Below are positions 7,290-14,894 of a stretch of DNA of 39,737 nt, piece after piece. The position numbers and the translations under genes were made by a program. This DNA is from a virus (Duplodnaviria > Caudoviricetes), in IMG/VR virus record IMGVR_UViG_3300031947_000012, positions 1 through 39,737 of that record. The stretch is one strand, 5' to 3'. Numbering within the stretch: the stretch's first letter is position 1; each line of letters starts with the position of its first letter. The notes beneath the pieces were generated by a model. It did no database searches. It was not told the origin of the DNA and saw only the letters and a list, made by a program, of their open reading frames with translations.

Positions 7290-7979
7290 ATGACCACACC
7301 CGCACCGGTGCAGACCCCAGGCGACATCATGCAATCGGTCCTGATGGAGGGCGACCTCTCCAGGCTGAGCAAGGATGATCGCGTGACATACTTCAACAAG
7401 GTCTGCGAGAGTTTAGGCCTCAATCCCTATACCAAGCCGTTCGACTACATGAAGCTCGGCGATCGGACAGTGCTCTACGCCAGGAAGGATGCGACCGACC
7501 AATTGCGCAACCTGCACAAGATATCGCTCGAACTCTGCGACCCCGTGGTGAAGGACAACGTGCTGTCAATCCGAGCGAAAGCGAAAATGCCGATGCCCGA
7601 TGGCAGCGTGCGCCAGGATGAGGACATCGGCGCAGTGGTTCTGCCCGACCACACCAGACCCGACGCCAGGGCGAACGCCATCATGAAATGCACCACGAAA
7701 GCGAAGAGACGCGTCACGCTGTCGATCTGCGGCCTCGGGTTCCTCGACGAGACCGAAGTCAGGGACGTCGCGCGCGAAGAGCCGCCCCCAAAGACCATCC
7801 GCTCGATCAGCGAGGGCCTCAACAACGTGGTCGGCAAGGCCAAATCTGAGCGCGGCAAGGCCAAGCGGGAACAGTTGAAGGCGGCCGGCCTCGATGATGA
7901 GGACATCGAGGACGTGCTTGAGGACATGGGCGAGCTCGAGGACAGCGAGTTCGATGAGCCACACGAAAAAGGTGGATAG
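7290..7979 (+). CDS. ssDNA-annealing protein (RecT/Red-beta-like)
   Basis: C...GLNPYTKPF.Y....LYA and AIMKC.TKAKRR.TL.ICGLG.LDETE motifs; acidic tail; near the YqaJ gene. Confidence 0.75.
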   Translation: MTTPAPVQTPGDIMQSVLMEGDLSRLSKDDRVTYFNKVCESLGLNPYTKPFDYMKLGDRTVLYARKDATDQLRNLHKISLELCDPVVKDNVLSIRAKAKMPMPDGSVRQDEDIGAVVLPDHTRPDARANAIMKCTTKAKRRVTLSICGLGFLDETEVRDVAREEPPPKTIRSISEGLNNVVGKAKSERGKAKREQLKAAGLDDEDIEDVLEDMGELEDSEFDEPHEKGG

Positions 7980-7993
7980 ACAGCGAATAAAAT

Positions 7994-8022
7994 TTGACGT
8001 GCTCGACGCTGAGTGATGGAAT
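7994..8022 (+). promoter_or_regulatory. Sigma70-like promoter for replication genes
   Basis: TTGACG-N17-TGGAAT preceded by an A/T tract. Confidence 0.55.
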
Positions 8023-8047
8023 TTGGGTTTGCGCTGGAAACCTCGCC

Positions 8048-8809
8048 ATGACTAGTCCTGTCGCCAAGCTAATACGCCTGATGGTCGAAACCGGTGTGGC
8101 GCCTGAGCTCATTGAGCAGACTGTCGAGGCCTTCGCGGAGATGTTTTCATCACGAAAGTCCATGGACGTCACCGTGACAGAGCGTGACGAGTCCATGGAC
8201 GATCGCGTGACTCGCATCCGCGAAAAGGACCGAATACGTCAGCGAGCGCGACGTGAACGTGAGCGTGAGTCCATGGATTCGTCCGTGGATGTCCGTGGAT
8301 TGTCCATGGACGAGCGTGACTCCCGCACCGCAACACTAGTGCCACAAGTTAAGAATCTTTCTTCCTTCTCTAAAGAAAGTAAGATTCTTAAGAAAGAAAA
8401 AGAAAGAAAGAAAGAAGAAGAATCACCATGTCACGTGACGTCCATGGACGAGCGTGACACAGCGCCGTTCAATTCCGACGATTGGGAATATTTCTGGGAT
8501 CTGTTCCCGAACAAGGTCGGCAAGGGCGCTGCGTTCAAAGCTTTCGCGAAAGCACTGCGCCGAACGTCGCCGGAAGTTTTGTTCCAGGGGCTGCGGCGCT
8601 ACGTCAACAAAACCGACGAGCGCCCTTGGTGCAATCCAGCGACGTGGCTCAATCAGGATCGCTGGCTCGACCAGCCGGCGACCGTCGAGACCGATCAGCA
8701 GAAAAACAAGCGCGAAATGCGGGAGATCTTCGATGCCCTCGATCGACCGAGCCAAAGCGGCGGCGATGAAAATTTTGGGCTGCTATCCTTCCCTCAACGT
8801 CTCCGATAA
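8048..8809 (+). CDS. Replication initiator / replisome organiser
   Basis: R..DR.RQR..R coil, K/E linker and C-terminal FW..FP.KVGK..A.KAF...NPATWLNQDRW.D domain; contains iterons. Confidence 0.8.
   Translation: MTSPVAKLIRLMVETGVAPELIEQTVEAFAEMFSSRKSMDVTVTERDESMDDRVTRIREKDRIRQRARRERERESMDSSVDVRGLSMDERDSRTATLVPQVKNLSSFSKESKILKKEKERKKEEESPCHVTSMDERDTAPFNSDDWEYFWDLFPNKVGKGAAFKAFAKALRRTSPEVLFQGLRRYVNKTDERPWCNPATWLNQDRWLDQPATVETDQQKNKREMREIFDALDRPSQSGGDENFGLLSFPQRLR
8158..8459. repeat. Iteron array plus AT-rich tract: putative replication origin
   Basis: GTCC(A/G)TGGA(C/T) at 8158, 8191, 8269, 8281, 8291, 8302 and 8440, interleaved with GCGTGAC; A/T-rich tract at ~8348-8423. Confidence 0.75.
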
Positions 8810-9272
8810 GGAAGTTTTCGTGGCCGGCCTCGTCGCCCTGCTGACGACCTATCCGGCCGAAGTCGTCGCCCGCGCCGCTGATCCCTCGCGCGGCATCGCG
8901 GCAACGCTGAAATTCCTGAACATCGCCGAAATCCGCGACGCCCTGGATGGCTGGACCGTTGAGCACACCGAGCAGATGAAGCGCAAGCTGGCCCCGCCCT
9001 CGCAGCTCGGCGATTTCGCGGCAACGATGCGCGAGCACGTCTCGGAAGCAAACTTCTGGAGCTGGTTTAGCCAGATGCGGTTGGTCTGCCGCCCTGGCGA
9101 GCAAATCACGCTGGCAGTCCGCTCAGAGTGGGTTGCCGACGAGATCCGCAGCCGGTTTCAGAATCAGATCCTCGATGCCGCTGGCGTCAATCGCTTGGTG
9201 CTCGAGGTTGACCCAAGCTTGAAGGACGTGAACCGCGGCCCCGCGCCGGAAAAGTCGGTCAAGCTGCGATGA
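8733..9272 (+). CDS. Replication protein with C-terminal DnaA domain I (DnaA_N)
   Basis: GGGAG RBS before MPSIDRAK; C-terminal MREHVSEANFWSWFSQM...ITLAVRSEWVADEIRSRF...I matches DnaA domain I. Confidence 0.75.
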   Translation: MPSIDRAKAAAMKILGCYPSLNVSDKEVFVAGLVALLTTYPAEVVARAADPSRGIAATLKFLNIAEIRDALDGWTVEHTEQMKRKLAPPSQLGDFAATMREHVSEANFWSWFSQMRLVCRPGEQITLAVRSEWVADEIRSRFQNQILDAAGVNRLVLEVDPSLKDVNRGPAPEKSVKLR

Positions 9273-9754
9273 AGCACCGCAAACTAAAACCTCTGGCCGA
9301 TAAGCCGAACCCAACCGTAGAGCGTTTGGTTCACGCCGGTTGGTTCGTACGGCGCAATGGTAGAATGGTAACGATGCTCGACGATGCCCTGGGAAGGGCG
9401 CTGAAGCGTTCTGTGATCAATGAGGTCCAACACTCAGCACTCGAGCGATATGCGCTGCACTGGCTCGCTAGTGGCCTTGGCGGCGGTCTTAGATCTGTCA
9501 ACCTCGATCGCACTGTCCGCGGCGGAACAAGCGAGGCTTGGCTGGTGCATCGCGATGCGTACCGCAGGGCCAGAGCGGCAATGGACAGCCCCGAAGCTTT
9601 CGTCTGCGATCAGGTCGCGTGCCAGGATGTGAGACTGACGCAGGTCGGGTTGATGATGGGCTACCTCAGCGAGTCGCATGGCAGGGAGAAGGCCGGCGAG
9701 GTGCTGCGAGCAGGGGCCGATCAGTTGGTCAGACATTTCGATCGGAGCAGGTAA
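9269..9754 (+). CDS. Putative late-gene regulator (DUF6456-like)
   Basis: L.R..I...Q..A.ERY...W...G pattern plus a C-terminal HTH-like region; occupies the antiterminator Q position. Confidence 0.6.
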   Translation: MKHRKLKPLADKPNPTVERLVHAGWFVRRNGRMVTMLDDALGRALKRSVINEVQHSALERYALHWLASGLGGGLRSVNLDRTVRGGTSEAWLVHRDAYRRARAAMDSPEAFVCDQVACQDVRLTQVGLMMGYLSESHGREKAGEVLRAGADQLVRHFDRSR

Positions 9755-10038
9755 TGATACGGGTCAATCTGCTGCGGGAAATCGACGGCCACGGAGTGTT
9801 CGATTATGAGATCGACGGGTACGGCGTACAGGGCCGTTCGCGGCAGCCGCTGTTGGATGCCTGCCGTCAGGTTAAACGCATGGGCGCCGACCCCGCCGAC
9901 CGAATAGGGCTATTCAGATCCGGGAGGGAGCGACCTGATCTGGTTGGCTCCGTGGGATGGGGTGCCGAACACACGGTTGATGAGGTCCACACTCATTTCG
10001 TCAAGTGGAGGCCGTTTCCGGAGGGCAAGGTGCGATGA
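9754..10038 (+). CDS. Conserved hypothetical protein
   Basis: TAATG coupling; SRQPLLDACR motif recalled from rhizobial prophage proteins. Confidence 0.7.
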   Translation: MIRVNLLREIDGHGVFDYEIDGYGVQGRSRQPLLDACRQVKRMGADPADRIGLFRSGRERPDLVGSVGWGAEHTVDEVHTHFVKWRPFPEGKVR

Positions 10039-10259
10039 GGAAAGCCGCGGCAATCAATCGCCTCAACCAGATGCTGATGGAAGAGATCAGTTTCGCTCAG
10101 CACTGCGAAAGCGCCGCCGCTGGCGACGACATCGTGGCCTACCATCAGGACGGCGTCGAAGCCCTCAAGATGGCGCTCGCCGCCATGGCCAAGCTCTATG
10201 GCTACCGGATCGATCGAAAGAAAAAGCTGCTCATCAAGTCAGCGGAGGGCCAAATATGA
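10035..10259 (+). CDS. Hypothetical protein
   Basis: ATGA coupling on both sides. Confidence 0.65.
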   Translation: MRKAAAINRLNQMLMEEISFAQHCESAAAGDDIVAYHQDGVEALKMALAAMAKLYGYRIDRKKKLLIKSAEGQI

Positions 10260-10486
10260 GCTACCAGCCAAGCGCTCCATTCGTCGAGGTGATGCCGCTG
10301 CAACCGCCGTTCCCGCCGAAGATCTACCGCATCGAGTTTGCCGACTATGACAAACTGCTGGCACTCTCGCAAGCAGACTACGAGCGTGTGAAAGGGCTGC
10401 TCGGTGACAACATGAGCGGCCGTCATGTGATCCTGTCAGCCTGTCCGGGTAATGTGCTGGTGCGGATCGAGGTGAGGCCAAGTTGA
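10256..10486 (+). CDS. Hypothetical protein
   Basis: GGAGG RBS, ATGA overlap, starts MSYQPSAPF. Confidence 0.65.
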   Translation: MSYQPSAPFVEVMPLQPPFPPKIYRIEFADYDKLLALSQADYERVKGLLGDNMSGRHVILSACPGNVLVRIEVRPS

Positions 10487-10530
10487 TCGAATGTTTTGCG
10501 GTGATGTTCACAAGTATAAATCTAGTATTT

Positions 10531-10593
10531 TCAAGATTAGGCAAGACTAGATCTTGACACTCGGGACGTTTTGGAGATGTTCTCAAGTAGTTC
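10531..10593 (+). promoter_or_regulatory. Promoter with tandem alphaproteobacterial LexA (SOS) boxes
   Basis: TTGACA at 10554; GTTT-N7-GTTC-N7-GTTC at 10568-10593; inverted repeat TCAAGAT...ATCTTGA overlapping the -35. Confidence 0.7.
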
Positions 10594-10827
10594 TAAGAAT
10601 AGCGGCCACCACTTCAGTCATATCGTGGCTTATTATCTGGAGCAGTCGGCTGGTAATCCGCTCTATCGCTGGCCAAATCAGGATTCACGACTACAATAGC
10701 GCGCTCTATTATGCCCATCTTTCCAAGGGGTTAGAGAGACCGATGACAAAGAAGCCGAAACCTCGCCCAAAGCCTCGGCCAGGGTGCTAAAAGTACTTGG
10801 CTAAGCTATCTGAGCCGATCGTGAGGA

Positions 10828-11088
10828 TCACGCACGGCCTTTCAGCTCGGGCTGGCCCTCGAAGCGGGCAATCATTTCCTTCATCAGCGTTACCACGTCG
10901 TCGCGGTTAGCACCGTTTGAAATGAAGTTGCAGCGCCCAGCGGTATCATTGAACGGAAACACCATGAGGACGAAGCCAACCTTGCGGTCGTTGCCTCTGG
11001 CCTCGCCATTGAAAATCATATCAACGGAGCTAACAATGGCGGTCATCTTCTCGATGTATTCCGGCTCGATGGGCGCAAGTTTGTTCAT
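10828..11088 (-). CDS. Conserved hypothetical protein
   Basis: GGAG RBS; FNG...GFVLMVFPF....RCNFISNGA.R.D...MKEMIARFEG pattern. Confidence 0.75.
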   Translation of the reverse strand: MNKLAPIEPEYIEKMTAIVSSVDMIFNGEARGNDRKVGFVLMVFPFNDTAGRCNFISNGANRDDVVTLMKEMIARFEGQPELKGRA

Positions 11089-11207
11089 ATCAGGCTCCGC
11101 ACTGCGAGAATGATGAGAACCCATAGCAGCAGATTAAAGGAAAGGCCATGGCGAGGCGTGCCGAGGTGACCCGTCCGCGTTGGTTGCTAAATGCATAAAA
11201 GGATAAA

Positions 11208-11315
11208 ATGAAGGGTATGATCGGCGGGGAGCAGCTTTATCCGCGGTCGTACCCTTCGTGGCAACGCGGCAATCCTGCTGCGGAAGCAGGGGTTTCGGTT
11301 AGCGAGACCTAGCCG
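11208..11315 (+). ncRNA. Putative structured RNA / leader with three consecutive hairpins
   Basis: Long stem 11208-11259 with several G-U pairs on the + strand; further stems at 11274-11290 and 11296-11315; non-coding context. Confidence 0.45.
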
Positions 11316-11375
11316 CGCGCCGGGAATGGCATAACACACACAGCCGCATGGAGAATACCTGGCACGGGTATAGCA

Positions 11376-11678
11376 ATGACCAAACCTGCCAAAGACTTAC
11401 GATCGCTTGCCAGAACGCACACTGAGAACGCAGTGCAGGCGCTTGCAGGCATCATGCTGAACGGCACGAACGAGGGCGCTCGAGTGAGCGCAGCCGGCTT
11501 GCTGCTCGAGCGCGGCTGGGGCAAAGCCGCACAGCCGATCACCGGCGAGGATGGCGGCGAAATCACCATTGTTATCAGGCGCTTAATGGATGAGGACGCA
11601 GCCAAGACGATCGAAGGGCGCGTCGTCAAAACGATCGATCAGGTCGTTCGCACTGGAGTTGAGGACAAGGGCGACTGA
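11376..11678 (+). CDS. terS: Probable terminase small subunit
   Basis: LAR..T..A...L..IM....ARVSAA..LL.RGWGK..Q.ITG.DGG.I pattern; first substantial late gene. Confidence 0.65.
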   Translation: MTKPAKDLRSLARTHTENAVQALAGIMLNGTNEGARVSAAGLLLERGWGKAAQPITGEDGGEITIVIRRLMDEDAAKTIEGRVVKTIDQVVRTGVEDKGD

Positions 11679-12139
11679 CTGCCCTAGTTGCTAACCCTTT
11701 GAGGTTGCTAACCTAATCTAATCCCAACTCTGAGTACCCCGATTAGCGCATAGCTCAGTGGTATTCTGTGCTGGTTGCAAAACTTACAAGTTTCACAAGA
11801 CACAAGGGCTAGTAGGTCGCTGAAGGGCATGACCGAGACGCCGCGGCCCTCCATCGATCATACCGTTCAGCCGATAGCGTAGTAATCTCAATAGCTTAGA
11901 CGTATACGGGGATTGGGCATGCCGCCCTCCAGGGTGGGGGTCCTACCGGAGGGGTATGTCGGGGATGACCTCGATCGAACCGGTACCGGTTAACCCCATT
12001 CCCGCGCTATCCGCTCCGAGCGAACGCGCATCAAACGTTAGATTAGGATAAAGCTGGGCTTCGATTGTCCCATCTGTCACGCCGTCCTTCGAAGGGTTGA
12101 AACCTGTAGCATCATCTGTGGGAAATAGGATTGGATTGG

Positions 12140-12358
12140 ATGACCTATAAGCTTTACAGCTATACGGCGAGTGGCTGGGAGATCAGCCACGATCCGGAGG
12201 CCGAGCCGTCCCGTCAGTGGCGCATCCGGCATCAAGAATGGGGCACGAGGTTTCATTCCAGCCATGAGGCTGCGAGCATGGACGCTCTGACGACGGGGAT
12301 TAAGCATTTGCAAGAGAGGCTGGCTAAATCAGGCCTCAGTCCGAGCAGCGGACGCTGA
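12140..12358 (+). CDS. Hypothetical protein
   Basis: 72 aa starting MTYKLYSY; AGGA upstream. Confidence 0.55.
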   Translation: MTYKLYSYTASGWEISHDPEAEPSRQWRIRHQEWGTRFHSSHEAASMDALTTGIKHLQERLAKSGLSPSSGR

Positions 12359-12520
12359 ACTGAGCTGGATCCCAGCAGAAGGTGGACTGGACGAAGCGGG
12401 TGGAGACGGTATCGGTTTACGCATTTGCGATGGGTACGGGCAACCATCATTGATGAAGGCGGTTTCCGGCCGCCCGCAGCGACGACAATACAGGGTGTTT
12501 GGATCGCAGTCACAGCACAT
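12329..12520 (-). CDS. Small Cys-rich protein
   Basis: AAGGAG RBS; MCCDCDPNTLYCRRCGRPE...CP suggests Zn binding. Confidence 0.55.
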   Translation of the reverse strand: MCCDCDPNTLYCRRCGRPETAFINDGCPYPSQMRKPIPSPPASSSPPSAGIQLSSASAARTEA

Positions 12521-12569
12521 TAGACACTCCTTTGAGGCAGGAACTGCATACACATAGTGGATAAGTCCT

Positions 12570-12794
12570 ATGGAGTTTCTCCAGGGCCAACGGGTCAAGC
12601 TGACGAGTGCGGCAGCGATGGTGAAGCAGCGTGGCATTATCAAGCAGAACGACCGCAAGATAGACTGGATGTCTCGCCAGGGCACGGTGGCGCACCGGAC
12701 CATGCCCGGGAGCAGCGGCGTACTGATCAGGTGGGATGGCGCGAGTTATCCCGACCAATGGCCGAAGAGCGCGGTGGAACTGGTTGAACGATAA
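12570..12794 (+). CDS. Small SH3/KOW-like hypothetical protein
   Basis: F..GQRVKL ... GTV ... V.IRWDG pattern. Confidence 0.65.
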   Translation: MEFLQGQRVKLTSAAAMVKQRGIIKQNDRKIDWMSRQGTVAHRTMPGSSGVLIRWDGASYPDQWPKSAVELVER

Positions 12795-12815
12795 AAAGCC
12801 CCCGATGAAGGGGGC
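12793..12815 (-). terminator. Rho-independent terminator (U-tract on the minus strand)
   Basis: AAAAA-GCCCCC-GATGAA-GGGGGC. Confidence 0.6.
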
Positions 12816-12897
12816 CAGTTGTTCTGAGTGCATAGAAAGGGTGGCAAGAGAAAGATTAGCAAATGTCCGAGACCAACCTAGCTGATTCGAGGCTCTG

Positions 12898-13392
12898 ATG
12901 CCAGAGGCGTATTACGAGCGCGAGCCGATTGTGCATTTGGATGGCTCGCCGGTATTTCAGAATGCGGGCGACCGCGCCATTGAGGATGAGGTCGCGGACT
13001 ACGTCGCCAAGAAGGGCAGCGAGAAGCATGGTGAGGCCGGCAAGCTTTCGGTGATTCGCTTTGCTCCACTGTGTCCGATTGATTGGTATGCCGAGCGCTA
13101 TGATCGCATGGTTGGCCTTCTTGAGTTGAAGAGCCCGCGGGAGCCGATGGGCACGCACAAGGCTGTGCTGCTCAACGTTCGCAAATGGCTGGCGCTATCC
13201 CTGGGCGCCACTGGCCTCGGGGTGCCGGCGATTTTCGTGGTGCGCTGGAATGACGGCAATGTGCGCTGGCTGCCGCTGAACCGGATTGATGCCTCAAAGC
13301 ACAGGATTGGGGGCTGCAAGCGGATTGTGAAGTCGATGAGCGATATTGAGCCGGTGATCGAGGTGCCGGTCGACAGCATGATGGTGCTGTAG
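12898..13392 (+). CDS. PD-(D/E)XK nuclease-fold protein
   Basis: E...IDW........LELK, then LNVRKW and FVVRW.DG. Confidence 0.7.
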   Translation: MPEAYYEREPIVHLDGSPVFQNAGDRAIEDEVADYVAKKGSEKHGEAGKLSVIRFAPLCPIDWYAERYDRMVGLLELKSPREPMGTHKAVLLNVRKWLALSLGATGLGVPAIFVVRWNDGNVRWLPLNRIDASKHRIGGCKRIVKSMSDIEPVIEVPVDSMMVL

Positions 13393-13413
13393 GTACAACG
13401 AGGGGTTGACCTG

Positions 13414-13650
13414 ATGCCGATGAGCGACCTTGGCTTCTTTCGGGGTCTACGCCAGCATCAGGCAAGGATGACTGCGGAGGGCCGCTGCGTCCAGTGCGGG
13501 GCGGAGTTTCTTTATGGCCGCGAGAATGGCGAGGTCACCGAGGAGGGCAAGCCGCCCTACCTGATGTGCTTCTTTTGCTGGGACGCGCTTGAGTACGACC
13601 CATTCGACTACCGGCCGCAGCTCTCGCAATTTCATTATGGGCATTGCTGA
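13414..13650 (+). CDS. Small zinc-finger protein
   Basis: CVQC...CFFC; GAGGGG RBS. Confidence 0.65.
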   Translation: MPMSDLGFFRGLRQHQARMTAEGRCVQCGAEFLYGRENGEVTEEGKPPYLMCFFCWDALEYDPFDYRPQLSQFHYGHC

Positions 13651-13652
13651 CA

Positions 13653-13760
13653 ATGGAAGATTTCTGGATTGGCGTGCTGGCCGGCGTGACGCTGGGCACG
13701 TCGGTGGTCTCGTGCGTCGCGTTCATGCTGCGGGCGCGGTTTTGTGACGGAGGGCTCTGA
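13653..13760 (+). CDS. Small single-TM peptide, 35 aa (not in ORF track)
   Basis: MEDFWIGVLAGVTLGTSVVSCVAFMLRARFCDGGL; TGATG coupling to the next ORF. Confidence 0.55.
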   Translation: MEDFWIGVLAGVTLGTSVVSCVAFMLRARFCDGGL

Positions 13761-14772
13761 TGGCGCTAGGCCAAAGCCTTGGCGGCTCTGCGGGCCGCGG
13801 GGGATTGACGCCCAATTTCAGCCAGATCAACGATCCGAACGACCCGATGGCGCTGGATCCGAGCATTGATCCGAACATGGCGCTGGCGGATCCGAACACA
13901 TGACGGAGGTGAACCCGAACATTGCAGTGACGCATGCGCTGGCGCAGCCAGTCAGCCTGACGCCGGAGCAGGTCGAGACGGCGGTCGGCAAGTCGATGCG
14001 GGGCGACATCCAGACCCAGCCGATGTCGATTGATCAGATCAACTCGATGATCGATGCGATCATGGCAAACATGACGCCGCAGGAGCAGATGTCGACCTTT
14101 AGCATCATGAACGGCATGCAATTGAATGCGCTGAACCCGCTGGCGACGGCGCCCGATCCGGAGATGGCGATCAATGACGCAGTGACAGATGAAAATGCAC
14201 CCGTGACGCTGAGCAATAACCTTGGCGAGCCTGCCACGCCGGCACCTCCCTCGATGGGCTATGGCTACGGCATCAACGCCAATCAGGCACCCGCCAACAC
14301 CGGCTACACCTCGAATGCGGTGAGTGACGCGGTGGCCGCTCCTGGGCCGGCCAATTCCGCAATGGCCAATGCGCTGGCGGACGCGGTTGGCTATGCCAAC
14401 AGTCAGGCCGCGGACACTGGCTACGGCTACGGCTTGGGCTTGGGCTTGGGCTTGGGGGCCGACGCCTCGTCGACCGGCAACCCTGGCGGACTGGCGACAG
14501 GCGGTGGTGCAGCTTCGACCGGCGAGAATGACGGCGGCAGCCAGGGAGCAGGTCAGGGCTTCGGCAGCGTGGGGCCTGACGGGGGCACCGCGAGCGGCAA
14601 TGTCGGCGGCATGGCGACCGGTGGCGGCGCGGCCTCGACAGGCGAGAGCGGCAACGACGGTAGCGGACAGGGACAGGGACAGGGACAGGGCGCCAGCAGC
14701 GGCACCGGCGGCGGCGTCTCGGAAGGCGGAGGCAATGAAGGCGCGGCGGCGGCAGGGGTCGGCGACTGGTGA
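13760..14772 (+). CDS. Acidic Gly/Ala-rich low-complexity protein, split into 13760-13903 and 13900-14772
   Basis: GGAGG RBS at the 13760 start; DPN repeats continue across an apparent 2-nt (AC) insertion near 13898; Gly-rich tail. Confidence 0.65.
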
Positions 14773-14894
14773 TCTCGAGATCAGTTTTCGGGGCGGCAGG
14801 CTCTCCGTGAGATTCACCAGGCCGCCCGAGGACGTCGTTGCGTTCGATCGGCGGGCCTACCAGCGCGACTACATGCGGAAATGGCGGAAAAAGC

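Noticed and set aside
8158-8459. Repeats considered as a CRISPR array
   Set aside because: Units are ~10 bp, irregularly spaced, inside a CDS, with no cas genes; better explained as iterons.
11740-11830. tRNA-like start (GCGCATAGCTCAGTGGTA)
   Set aside because: Resembles a D-arm, but there is no T-arm GTTCRA or matching acceptor stem; tRNAscan-SE would be decisive.
12546-12564. Near-consensus DnaA box (TTATCCACT on the minus strand) between divergent genes
   Set aside because: A single 8/9 match is expected by chance in 40 kb; only worth revisiting if the domain IV protein binds it.
14480-14660. Duplicated GG(L/M)ATGGGAASTGE considered as RiPP core peptides
   Set aside because: No modifying enzymes, peptidase or transporter nearby.
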